Source of the DNA: a virus | DNA: 64,000 bases | Virus record (IMG/VR): IMGVR_UViG_3300021962_000074 | Span: 1-64,000 of that record | Direction: 5' to 3' (one strand) | Shown here: piece after piece, positions 5,112-13,178 of the stretch | Layout of the letters: every line of letters begins with the position of its first letter | Position numbering within the stretch: position 1 is the stretch's first letter | Translations under genes and position numbers: made by a program | Notes under the pieces: generated by a model | Told to the model about the DNA's origin: nothing | The model's input: only the letters and a program-made list of their open reading frames with translations | Databases searched by the model: none

Positions 5112-5506
5112 ACGAAAACAACGAAGTCATACAGACTCCAGAACTCATGGAGTTACTAAACAAGACCAATCGTCACTTCAATAAATTTCGCTATGAATAC
5201 GATGAGAATCTTCATCGTCAGATTGACTACTGGACTGCACTGATTGACAAATACAATGCTGGTGACTGCGACGACTACGCACTGTCAAAGCGCAAGAGGC
5301 TGATTGAAGAAGGTGTTCCATATGAATGCCTGTTTCCTACAATCTGCACCGTGGGTAAAGAAGGTCATCTTGTTCTTGTCGTAAGAACAGACATCTGCGA
5401 TCTTCTTCTGGACAACATTGAGCAGCGAGTGGTTGGCGTTGATCGCGTGAACTACAAGTGGTGGTATCGTTTAGATCCCGTGAACAAATCATGGGTAATG
5501 TTATAG
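5096..5506 (+). CDS. bacterial transglutaminase-like cysteine proteinase (BTLCP/LapG-like) catalytic domain
   Basis: GDCDDYALSKRKRL...GHLVLVV...LLLDN (Cys-His-Asp); GGAGG before ATG 5096. Confidence 0.85.
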   Translation: MSFQLNENNEVIQTPELMELLNKTNRHFNKFRYEYDENLHRQIDYWTALIDKYNAGDCDDYALSKRKRLIEEGVPYECLFPTICTVGKEGHLVLVVRTDICDLLLDNIEQRVVGVDRVNYKWWYRLDPVNKSWVML

Positions 5507-5509
5507 TAT

Positions 5510-5594
5510 GCGAGTGTGGCGGAATCGGTATACGCAGCAGACTTAAAATCTGCCACTTTCGAGTTTGTGGGTTCGAGTCCCACCACTCGCACCA
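5510..5594 (+). tRNA. tRNA-Leu(UAA)
   Basis: Cloverleaf with variable arm, CCA. Confidence 0.95.
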
Positions 5595-5602
5595 GGATAT
5601 AT

Positions 5603-5761
5603 ATGAAAAGAGCATGGATAATTTGGGCAAAGGCACTGGGCGAGAAAGCCGCAGATTGCGATAGAACCGCAGACAGAGTTGCTATTGTGCGAACATGCAT
5701 CGTGGGCATAAACGTGCTCACTTGTTTTTTTATTGTTGCAAATATAATTCATAACTGGTAA
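5603..5761 (+). CDS. small conserved T4-like phage membrane protein
   Basis: MKRAWIIWAKALGEKA...ADRVAIVRT...IVANIIHNW; start moved off the tRNA. Confidence 0.75.
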   Translation: MKRAWIIWAKALGEKAADCDRTADRVAIVRTCIVGINVLTCFFIVANIIHNW

Positions 5762-6186
5762 TGAAAACAACTGATCTAGATGCAATGCAACACCACTCCA
5801 AGGAATATCCGATGGAGGTGGGTGCACCAAAGTTTGAACTTGAGCCAATACAAGATAAGAAAGATTTGGCTCTGCGTTCAGCAAAGTTACATGCGCAAAA
5901 AGAATATGAACGCATCATGGAATCAGTGCGTGTGTTGCAGAAGCAAGCAGAAGAACTCAAAGAAAGATTGGGTCTGTCTCAATTAGTGCATGGTGCAACG
6001 TATACGTTTGAACCAACAGCAGGTAAGAGTTACTGGCTGGTGGAAGATACTTATGCAAACATTACAAGGCTGGTGGTGCTTGGTCCTAAGAACTGGAGTT
6101 GCGGACCACCAGAATATTATAAGTATCTGGCACACATAAAGTGTCTAGGCGATAATACATGGGAGCCAATGAGAGAAGAGGAATAG
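5761..6186 (+). CDS. hypothetical protein (DUF2452-like)
   Basis: YPMEVGAPKF, coiled coil, FEPTAGKSYWL. Confidence 0.6.
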   Translation: MKTTDLDAMQHHSKEYPMEVGAPKFELEPIQDKKDLALRSAKLHAQKEYERIMESVRVLQKQAEELKERLGLSQLVHGATYTFEPTAGKSYWLVEDTYANITRLVVLGPKNWSCGPPEYYKYLAHIKCLGDNTWEPMREEE

Positions 6187-6189
6187 ACT

Positions 6190-6759
6190 ATGGCGCATCC
6201 TGAACAACAAGCATATGTTGCAACTGTAAAGAATTTCTTCCCTAAGTATTTTGAGAATTGCACAGTACTGGAAATAGGAAGTTACAATATCAATGGCACG
6301 GTGAGAGATTTTTTCATCAATTGCAATTATTTGGGAATTGATTTGGCTCCTGGTCCTGGTGTTGACTTAGTTTGTGCTGGTCAAGAATTTAATGCTCCAA
6401 GTAATATGTATGATACTGTAATTTCCACTGAGTGTTTTGAGCATAATCCATATTGGAAAGAAACATTCTTAAATATGATCAGAGTTTGCAGACCAGGAGG
6501 TCTTGTCATATTCACTTGTGCTGGTAGAAACAGAGTTGAACATGGCACAGCTAGAATGAATCCGCAATCTTCCCCATTTACCATCTCAAATGGTTGGGAG
6601 AACTATTACATGAATCTGGAAGAGAGACACTTCCTTTATGCTGGTATCAATTGCGAACAATATTTCTGGGCACATAAGTTTTACGAAAATTCCAACTATC
6701 AACCAGCAGAACCAATCGGAGCTGTTGATCTTTGCTTTTGGGGAATTAAGAAGGTTTAA
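6190..6759 (+). CDS. class I SAM-dependent methyltransferase
   Basis: VLEIGS, YLGID, YDTVISTECFEH, RVCRPGG. Confidence 0.88.
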   Translation: MAHPEQQAYVATVKNFFPKYFENCTVLEIGSYNINGTVRDFFINCNYLGIDLAPGPGVDLVCAGQEFNAPSNMYDTVISTECFEHNPYWKETFLNMIRVCRPGGLVIFTCAGRNRVEHGTARMNPQSSPFTISNGWENYYMNLEERHFLYAGINCEQYFWAHKFYENSNYQPAEPIGAVDLCFWGIKKV

Positions 6760-6776
6760 TACATAGGAACCAATGA

Positions 6777-7493
6777 ATGATCAACAATCTGAACTTAGCG
6801 AATGATCTGAAGTTTCAATATTCAGTAAATAGTCCATTTCCAAATATAATAATTGACAATTTCTTCAATGAAGAAATATTGTCAACAGCTGTCGACGAAT
6901 TGCAAAGGTTTGGAGATTGGGGATATGATCCCACTGATGTTGTCAAGGGATATCAAGTTAATAAACAATTCACTCCTTGGTCTGAAGATTCCTATAAATC
7001 ATATCAAGAATTGGCACCTGCTGCAACTTATGTTATGCATTGTTTGAATCATCAAACTACACTGGACTTTCTACAAAAACTGACTGGCATTACAGATTTG
7101 ATAGCAGACAATTCTTGGAGTGGTGCAGGTGTCCACAAGATACTTCCTGGCGGCAAATTATCAATCCACGCAGATTATAATTGGCATCATGATCTACAAC
7201 TACACAGAAGAATAAATTTATTGTTATACCTTAATAAGAATTGGCAAGAAGAATGGGGTGGTGATTTGGAATTATGGGAAAGAGATTTGAGTGCTAGACA
7301 CGTTAAAATTGCACCAATCTTCAACAGGGCTGTTATATTTAATATCACAGATGATGCGTACCATGGTCATCCAGAACCATTAAACACTCCAGAAGGAGTT
7401 TGTAGATATTCTTTTGCGGCATATTATTTCACCAAAGATAGACCAGAATCTGAGAAGAGTCCTCCACACTATGTTCTGTGGGGTAATATCTAA
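6777..7493 (+). CDS. 2OG-Fe(II) oxygenase
   Basis: PFPNIIIDNF, LSIHADYN (HxD), GGDLELW, YHGHP, RYSFA. Confidence 0.9.
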   Translation: MINNLNLANDLKFQYSVNSPFPNIIIDNFFNEEILSTAVDELQRFGDWGYDPTDVVKGYQVNKQFTPWSEDSYKSYQELAPAATYVMHCLNHQTTLDFLQKLTGITDLIADNSWSGAGVHKILPGGKLSIHADYNWHHDLQLHRRINLLLYLNKNWQEEWGGDLELWERDLSARHVKIAPIFNRAVIFNITDDAYHGHPEPLNTPEGVCRYSFAAYYFTKDRPESEKSPPHYVLWGNI

Positions 7494-8233
7494 TGCACCC
7501 ATCAGCAAGTAAATTGTCGCAAATGTTTTTTGATGTTTATGTTAAAAATACATCTATAGAAAACCCATCAGTTGTTGAAATCGGTTCAATGGATAATCAC
7601 TCCAGCATATACAAACATATACCAGAATACATTAAAAATTACACAGGTGTAGATTATCAAGAAGGTCCAAATGTTGATATAGTTTTGAAAGATCCATACA
7701 AATTTCCAATTGAGGATAACTCAGTGGATATAATTGTTTGCAGTTCTGTGTTCGAGCACGTTGAGTTCTTTTGGCTTTCCATACTAGAAATGTATAGAGT
7801 TGTGAAATCAACTGGATTAATATACATCAATGCACCTAGTAATGGATCTTATCACAGACATCCAGTAGACTGTTGGAGATTCTATCCTGATGCGGGAGAT
7901 TCTTTTGTCAATTGGGGTAAAAGAAATCAATACAATCCTTTGTTATTAGAATCATTTGTAAATCAACAACACGATTTTCCTATGTCTATTTGGAATGACT
8001 ACGTTTGTATTATTTTGAAAGAGGCATCATACGCAGATTTGTATCCTAATCAAATACTTGATTCATATAAAGATGTTTGGTTCGGTAAGAGTCTAAAAAT
8101 ACCAATGTTCAACAAATGCACCTATGTTGAGGATCAAATGAGGTTGTTTAATCTGATGAACATATACCATGCTTCTGCTATGAATGAGGAAGACAGTCAA
8201 TTTATTAGAGGGTTGAAATGGTATGGCAAGTAA
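7493..8233 (+). CDS. class I SAM-dependent methyltransferase
   Basis: VVEIGS, YTGVD, SSVFEHVEFFW, YHRHPVDCWRFYPD. Confidence 0.88.
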   Translation: MHPSASKLSQMFFDVYVKNTSIENPSVVEIGSMDNHSSIYKHIPEYIKNYTGVDYQEGPNVDIVLKDPYKFPIEDNSVDIIVCSSVFEHVEFFWLSILEMYRVVKSTGLIYINAPSNGSYHRHPVDCWRFYPDAGDSFVNWGKRNQYNPLLLESFVNQQHDFPMSIWNDYVCIILKEASYADLYPNQILDSYKDVWFGKSLKIPMFNKCTYVEDQMRLFNLMNIYHASAMNEEDSQFIRGLKWYGK

Positions 8234-8331
8234 AAACGACATCACAGGCGATTCCATTCGCTCCAAAATAAATAACAAGACTGGATATGATGCATACCGT
8301 GACGGTTGGGAACGCATCTTTGGAGACAAAA

Positions 8332-8619
8332 ATGTCAGACGAAAAGATCGATCTAGTAGAACTGGGAAAGGTAGTAGCCAAGATAGCAAAGTATGAAGCA
8401 CAGAAAGAAGAGCAACGTGAGCAATCGTCATCTATGTACATAGTTGAAAAGAAAGATCCTGATTGTTTCAATCCGCAATGGAGTGAAATAGCACGTTTCA
8501 AGGACGATATGTTCAAGGCGATATCGTATGCCAAGGATCACGAATTTACCTGCTACAATCATCTATATCGCGTAATTCAGAAGAAAAACGGTATTGAAGA
8601 TACAGTTTGGCATTCCTGA
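8332..8619 (+). CDS. hypothetical protein
   Basis: ORF with GGAG before ATG 8332 (alternative start 8287). Confidence 0.6.
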   Translation: MSDEKIDLVELGKVVAKIAKYEAQKEEQREQSSSMYIVEKKDPDCFNPQWSEIARFKDDMFKAISYAKDHEFTCYNHLYRVIQKKNGIEDTVWHS

Positions 8620-8622
8620 TAT

Positions 8623-8630
8623 TATAAATA
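8623..8630 (+). promoter_or_regulatory. T4 late promoter
   Basis: TATAAATA. Confidence 0.7.
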
Positions 8631-8673
8631 AAAGGCTCTCGAGGCATTTTTAATAGTTATAGGAGAAATTCTC

Positions 8674-8880
8674 ATGTGGGAAACATTACTAGGTGCATTT
8701 AAGTCCAAGACTGTATGGTTGGGTCTTGTTGTTACCGTTCTTTCTTGGGTACAGCAAGTTGTTTCAGGTGCTCCAATTCCAGCTGAACTTGTTTCAGTGA
8801 TTGGAACCGTCATCGGCGGTCTAATCGTCTGGTTGCGTGCATTGACCAACACCTCTCTTGCTGAAAAAGCTGGCGAATAA
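8674..8880 (+). CDS. small two-TM membrane protein, holin-like
   Basis: KSKTVW motif, two hydrophobic helices, LRALTN tail; late promoter and AGGAG RBS. Confidence 0.6.
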   Translation: MWETLLGAFKSKTVWLGLVVTVLSWVQQVVSGAPIPAELVSVIGTVIGGLIVWLRALTNTSLAEKAGE

Positions 8881-8892
8881 TAGTAACTAGCG

Positions 8893-8918
8893 AGAGGGCT
8901 GGCAACAGCCCTCTTTTT
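8893..8918 (+). terminator. rho-independent terminator
   Basis: AGAGGGCTG-gcaa-CAGCCCTCT-TTTT. Confidence 0.8.
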
Positions 8919-8920
8919 CA

Positions 8921-9226
8921 ATGCATATACAAGACGGTCTCAAGTTATTCTCAGCAATCGCTGGTGCTATCGCAATAGTTCTTGTGACCTATGATTGGGT
9001 TGCGAGCAAGGATTATGTTGCTGAATCAACAGCACCAATCGCTGCAGATGTAAAGCAGATTCTCGCAATGGGAATCGCAGATCAAATAAGTACATTACAC
9101 CGTTACAACTGCAACAATCCTGAAGACACAAAGTTTGTGGCGTTGTTGCGCGAAAAGAAAATGGAGTTTGCGAAACTCACAGGTCGCGAATATATGGAAG
9201 CACCTTGCGATCGTTTGACTAATTAA
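8921..9226 (+). CDS. membrane-anchored hypothetical protein
   Basis: N-terminal TM helix, Cys pair. Confidence 0.6.
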   Translation: MHIQDGLKLFSAIAGAIAIVLVTYDWVASKDYVAESTAPIAADVKQILAMGIADQISTLHRYNCNNPEDTKFVALLREKKMEFAKLTGREYMEAPCDRLTN

Positions 9227-9602
9227 ACGAATAAGTCACAATATTCGATAGATCGCTTTCCATATCACTTACTGATATCGTTGTTACTGCCAAATGCCAA
9301 ACGCCATTTGGCACCCATAGAGTTGCATATGTGGCAAGACCACTCTGAACAATTAGAAGTTTACCATCTTGTTTTAGATAGTTTGGATCATTGCCATAGT
9401 AAACACGATACTCTTTAATGTCCACAGCTGGATCGATGGGTGTGCCATCTTCAAAGGTCAATGGTGGTTCCCAGTTTAGATCGATCGTATAGGTCGTTGG
9501 TTCTGGTGGTTTCGGAGGCTCAGGTGTAGGTGTTTGCCCCCCACCACCGCAAGATGATAGGATCAGAACAAGTGGGTATATAAATACTCTACGGAACTCC
9601 AT
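9219..9602 (-). CDS. lipoprotein with fibronectin type III domain
   Basis: LSS-C lipobox, Pro linker, LNWEPP..EDGTP...YRVYYG...ESDLSN; start at ATG 9602. Confidence 0.8.
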   Translation of the reverse strand: MEFRRVFIYPLVLILSSCGGGGQTPTPEPPKPPEPTTYTIDLNWEPPLTFEDGTPIDPAVDIKEYRVYYGNDPNYLKQDGKLLIVQSGLATYATLWVPNGVWHLAVTTISVSDMESDLSNIVTYSFN

Positions 9603-9615
9603 GCATATATTTATA
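9579..9615. promoter_or_regulatory. face-to-face late promoters
   Basis: TATAAATA on + (9579-9586) and on - (9615-9608). Confidence 0.65.
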
Positions 9616-9630
9616 AAAAGGGGCAATATC

Positions 9631-9987
9631 ATGAAAGGGAAGATGTTCGGTTTACTCTTATTTTTAGCGTCTTTCGGAGCATATGCAGGTGATGCAGTTG
9701 TTTCTTGGGATCCACCGTTGTTGTACGAAGATGGTTCAAGCATTCTAGCAGGTGAAGTTACCAAGTACACTGTGCTGTATGGACAGACAGATGGTGGTCC
9801 TTATGCATATTCAGTTGATGTTCCTGGAGATGTTACAACTGCTACAATTACAGGTCTTGCAAAAGGTGCTTGGTATTTCGTAGCCACTGCAACAACCAGC
9901 AATGGCATGACATCTGGCTACAGCAATCAGGCTGCGAAATCAGTACAAGGTTCATCTAAGCCACGTCCACCACGTAATGTAAGGTAA
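9631..9987 (+). CDS. secreted fibronectin type III domain protein
   Basis: Signal peptide AYA, VSWDPP..EDGS...YTVLYG...WYFVATA...SGYSN. Confidence 0.8.
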   Translation: MKGKMFGLLLFLASFGAYAGDAVVSWDPPLLYEDGSSILAGEVTKYTVLYGQTDGGPYAYSVDVPGDVTTATITGLAKGAWYFVATATTSNGMTSGYSNQAAKSVQGSSKPRPPRNVR

Positions 9988-9991
9988 TCAA

Positions 9992-10192
9992 ATGAAATAC
10001 TTGCTTGTTGCTTTGCTTTCAGGTATAATTGGTATTGCAATTGGAATGTTTGTATGTAATCACACTTACTCACCGCAAATAACTGCGCTGAAAGAGCAAG
10101 TGGGTACACTTACAACTGAATTGGAAGAATCAAAAAAGAATGTTCGCATAATTTTTGGGCATAATGAAAACTGTAAGATAAACGTGGAGTGA
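9992..10192 (+). CDS. TM plus coiled-coil hypothetical protein
   Basis: ORF, hydrophobic N-terminus. Confidence 0.6.
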   Translation: MKYLLVALLSGIIGIAIGMFVCNHTYSPQITALKEQVGTLTTELEESKKNVRIIFGHNENCKINVE

Positions 10193-10195
10193 TTT

Positions 10196-10771
10196 ATGGC
10201 AATGGTATTAGTGACAGACTCGGCAGGAACTCCTCGGGAGTGGGCTGATCTAGAAACTGCGTGTTGTTACTATGCGCGTGAAAAGATTCTTTGGGAGATT
10301 GGAACACCAATCAAGGTTTTTCGTGGCGGTGTAAATCGCGCTGGCGAAAGATCTTCTATTACAATCAGTTCAATCGTTGGTGTATCAGGACCAGTGCAGT
10401 CAGACAAACTGCGTCGCGTCACTCCATATCCTGAGCGTTCAATTCTATACGCCCGTGACGCAAATCTTTGCGCATACTGTGGCGATGAGTTTGCTTATAA
10501 CACTCTTACCATTGATCACGTTCTTCCAAGATCACGTGGTGGTAAGAACAGTTGGGTCAACTGCGTGACATCATGCCGCCCATGTAACAATCGCAAGGGC
10601 AGCAAGACACCAGAAGAAGCAAACATGAAGTTGCTGTATGTACCTTATGTGCCAAATGTGTTTGAGAAAATGATTCTACGCAATCGTAGAATTCTTGCTG
10701 ATCAAATGGAGTTCTTGAAATCTAGAGTTTCAAAGGATAGTCGTATTCATGACACACTTGCAAGAAACTGA
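10196..10771 (+). CDS. HNH endonuclease
   Basis: RDANLCAYCG...TIDHVLPRSRGG..SWVNCVTSCRPCNNRKG. Confidence 0.92.
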   Translation: MAMVLVTDSAGTPREWADLETACCYYAREKILWEIGTPIKVFRGGVNRAGERSSITISSIVGVSGPVQSDKLRRVTPYPERSILYARDANLCAYCGDEFAYNTLTIDHVLPRSRGGKNSWVNCVTSCRPCNNRKGSKTPEEANMKLLYVPYVPNVFEKMILRNRRILADQMEFLKSRVSKDSRIHDTLARN

Positions 10772-10946
10772 ACTTGGTTACTTCGCGCACCTAAGACGTG
10801 CGTGGAGTATTGCATTTGTTTTATTGATTCACGGTTTGTTTCCAAATGTCTGGAAACACAAAGCATCTGAAATGATTGAGGAGTCGCACCATGAAGAAAT
10901 TGCTGACGATAGTTCTTCTCCTGTTCACCCTTCCAGTTTCCGCTGA
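10749..10946 (+). CDS. small hypothetical protein (DUF6356-like)
   Basis: HL...YFAHL..A...IHGLFP..W...AS pattern. Confidence 0.55.
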   Translation: MTHLQETELGYFAHLRRAWSIAFVLLIHGLFPNVWKHKASEMIEESHHEEIADDSSSPVHPSSFR

Positions 10947-11271
10947 GACAATCACCGAGAGACTCAAGAAACTTCCACCATCAGAGTGGGTGTATCAAGC
11001 ACTGACCGTTGTTGACGTTGCGCAAACCATGCGTGCACTTGATGATCCGTGTAAATGTTATCGTGAACAAAATCCCATTTTTGGTAAGAATCCAAGTGAC
11101 TTTCAACTTGTCGCAACCACGCTGGCTTTCAATGCAGCTCATGCCTACCTTGTTTTGCGTATGGTAGAAACCGACCAACCCGAGTGGCTCATCAAGACCG
11201 TCACCTACACGTCGATCGCGGTCAGGGCAGGTGTGGTGTACCACAACTTTCACATTGGGATCCGTTTCTAG
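10891..11271 (+). CDS. signal-peptide membrane protein
   Basis: MKKLLTIVLLLF..VSA; D..QT...EQNPIFG; GAGGAG RBS. Confidence 0.7.
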   Translation: MKKLLTIVLLLFTLPVSAETITERLKKLPPSEWVYQALTVVDVAQTMRALDDPCKCYREQNPIFGKNPSDFQLVATTLAFNAAHAYLVLRMVETDQPEWLIKTVTYTSIAVRAGVVYHNFHIGIRF

Positions 11272-11355
11272 GCTCGATCTCCCCTCCTCCCAGACCGTGA
11301 CCCCCCAAAACCGATCGCCTCTCTCCGAGGCTCTCGCTCGGTCTCCACGCCTTCG

Positions 11356-11417
11356 TAAGTTGTTGATTTTATTAGGGTTCTTTTCGAGAAGAATCAACAA
11401 CTTATAAGTTATTGAAA
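11356..11417. promoter_or_regulatory. cluster of three IHF-consensus sites (two as inverted repeat)
   Basis: TAAGTTGTTGATT, AATCAACAACTTA, TAAGTTATTGAAA. Confidence 0.6.
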
Positions 11418-11434
11418 TTACAAGAGTTTTTTCA

Positions 11435-11464
11435 GTTTACTTTTGCAGCTCGGTTTAGTAAGAT
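11435..11464 (+). promoter_or_regulatory. T4-type early promoter
   Basis: GTTTACT-N17-TAAGAT, ATG 6 nt downstream. Confidence 0.7.
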
Positions 11465-11470
11465 ATATGT

Positions 11471-11788
11471 ATGATGAATGTTAATCTGAACCGCGATCTG
11501 CTCGGTGAAAAGCAGAAGGATCTCAAGGCTGCTCTTGAGAATGTTAAGACTCTTCGTGCCGATATCAAGGCTCTGCGTGCGTCGGTGAAGGCTGACCGTG
11601 TTGCTGCCAAGATCGCGCGTCTGGCGAAGGCTGCTGATCGTCGTGAGGCTGCTGCTGCGAAGGCTGCTGCTCGCATCGCGAAGGCTGAGGTTCGTCTTCA
11701 GGCTCTGAAGGATCGCCAGTATGCCCGCGAGCAGAAGGCTCTCCGCAAGTCTGGTTTGGTGGTTGATGTGACTGCGAGGTATGCGTAA
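11471..11788 (+). CDS. basic Ala/Lys/Arg-rich coiled-coil early protein
   Basis: Strong codon bias, low-complexity basic helix. Confidence 0.75.
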   Translation: MMNVNLNRDLLGEKQKDLKAALENVKTLRADIKALRASVKADRVAAKIARLAKAADRREAAAAKAAARIAKAEVRLQALKDRQYAREQKALRKSGLVVDVTARYA

Positions 11789-11973
11789 TGACTGACCTGA
11801 CTCTGGCATCTGCGAAGCAGATCAAGGAACTGGTTTCCAGTGGTGCTGTGACCCACACTGATGCGCTCAAGCGTGTCTACGTGGTTCTGAATCGGAGCAC
11901 TCTTGCCGCTGGTAAGAAGGCTCGGTGGACTCGCCTGGAGGCTTGGCTGCTGAATTCAGCGCCTGTAGCGTAA
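11788..11973 (+). CDS. hypothetical early protein
   Basis: Coupled start/stop, GAGG RBS. Confidence 0.7.
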   Translation: MTDLTLASAKQIKELVSSGAVTHTDALKRVYVVLNRSTLAAGKKARWTRLEAWLLNSAPVA

Positions 11974-11980
11974 GTAACTG

Positions 11981-12031
11981 AAAGGCAAGGGATTTTTGTC
12001 CCTTGCCTTTTTTCCCTCTCCACGGTATAAT
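11981..12031 (+). promoter_or_regulatory. terminator hairpin fused to early promoter (PeSL-like)
   Basis: AAAGGCAAGGGA/TCCCTTGCCTTT hairpin; TTGCCT-N17-TATAAT. Confidence 0.75.
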
Positions 12032-12037
12032 GGTTGT

Positions 12038-12424
12038 ATGATGAATAAACAATTTACATTCGACGAAAATCTGGTCTCCGATCTGTACAAGGATGCCTAC
12101 GGTTTCCGACCGTCAGGTTCATTCTGGCTGTCTTGGGAGGAAGCATCCGACCTGCGACGTCAGGAAATCTGGAATGATCTGCTGGATGAGGCAGCTCGCG
12201 TCCTCGCCGAGCAGAAGCGTGCGCAGATGAATGCGTGCGTCGATCTTGAGCAGCGCATTCTCGCGTTGCTGGACGCCAATCAGGGTTCAACTCGCGCCGA
12301 CGCGATTCAGTATCTGCTGAAAGAGTATGATTGCGGCGACTGGGTTGAGCATCTTGAGTATGAACTCGGTGTGCCGTATGGTTATCTGACCAAGGAATTT
12401 GGTCAGTTTATGGAGGTTGCGTGA
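12038..12424 (+). CDS. conserved phage hypothetical early protein
   Basis: SDLYKDAYGFRP...LEYELGVPYGY; start just after -10 box. Confidence 0.75.
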   Translation: MMNKQFTFDENLVSDLYKDAYGFRPSGSFWLSWEEASDLRRQEIWNDLLDEAARVLAEQKRAQMNACVDLEQRILALLDANQGSTRADAIQYLLKEYDCGDWVEHLEYELGVPYGYLTKEFGQFMEVA

Positions 12425-12648
12425 TGAATTGGAATCTTGAAGGTCTGCGCGTTCATGCTGGATACCTGTCGGGTGACGTCAAGGTCACTGGCAAGGTGGT
12501 CCTGAGTCGCGTGTGCTACGGTGGCGTCCCTCAGCACACCATCGTGCTGGACAAGGGATTCAACTGGAAGAACGGTACGGTCTCTCGCGAGGCTGGCGAG
12601 CGTGTTCTGGTTGACCATCCGTACATCTATCGAGTGATGAGTTCTTGA
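12421..12648 (+). CDS. hypothetical early protein
   Basis: GGAGG RBS, coupled to previous gene. Confidence 0.7.
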   Translation: MMNWNLEGLRVHAGYLSGDVKVTGKVVLSRVCYGGVPQHTIVLDKGFNWKNGTVSREAGERVLVDHPYIYRVMSS

Positions 12649-12653
12649 ATTTG

Positions 12654-12702
12654 AAGGGCAAGAGAGAAATCTTTTGCCTTTCATCCCACATTCAGATATA
12701 AT
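12654..12702 (+). promoter_or_regulatory. terminator hairpin fused to early promoter (PeSL-like)
   Basis: AAGGGCAAGAGA-gaaa-TCTTTTGCCTTT; TTGCCT-N17-TATAAT. Confidence 0.75.
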
Positions 12703-12739
12703 GAATGTGTATTTTGTAATTGTAACTGTGAGGTAATTT

Positions 12740-13159
12740 ATGTCTACGAAGTATTATGTGTTGTTCCAGTTGCTCAAGGGTGCTGGCAAGAAGGGTGCTA
12801 CTGTCGCTGAATGCGCCAAGGCACTGAATTTTGCGGAGGGTTCTGTTTCTCCGTACATGTGGTCTCTGCGCAAGAAGTTTGGTGCTGAGATCGAGGTTCT
12901 GAAGGACGGTCGCAAGGTTTCTGGCTATCGCCTTCTGAACGCTGCTGCTGTTGATGGTGTTATCACTCCGAAGCGTCGTGGTGCTGCTACCAAGACTGCA
13001 AAGGTCACCAAGACCAAGGCTGTCAAGGTGCAGAAGGTTGCCAAGACTGCAAAGGTCACCAAGTCCAAGAACGCACCTGTTGAGGTTGAGGACATGGAGA
13101 TCGAGGAGATCACCGACTCCGATTTGAGTGACATCAAGACTCAGTTGGGTTTGGTTTAA
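12740..13159 (+). CDS. winged-HTH DNA-binding protein with Lys-rich repeats and acidic tail
   Basis: TVAECAKALNFAEGSVSPYMWSLR; KTAKVTK twice. Confidence 0.7.
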   Translation: MSTKYYVLFQLLKGAGKKGATVAECAKALNFAEGSVSPYMWSLRKKFGAEIEVLKDGRKVSGYRLLNAAAVDGVITPKRRGAATKTAKVTKTKAVKVQKVAKTAKVTKSKNAPVEVEDMEIEEITDSDLSDIKTQLGLV

Positions 13160-13178
13160 TCTATAAGGATCCTATATT

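Noticed and set aside
1011-5594. Stop-codon recoding, suppressor tRNAs or theta ribozymes
   Set aside because: No CUA, UUA or UCA anticodon; core genes are uninterrupted in the standard code; no HDV-like fold seen at tRNA 3' ends
6777-7493. Collagen prolyl 4-hydroxylase for the fibres
   Set aside because: Fibre prolines are almost all at X (GPQ), not the Y position that P4H modifies
10196-10771. Intron-encoded homing endonuclease
   Set aside because: Free-standing, with no interrupted gene or intron structure around it
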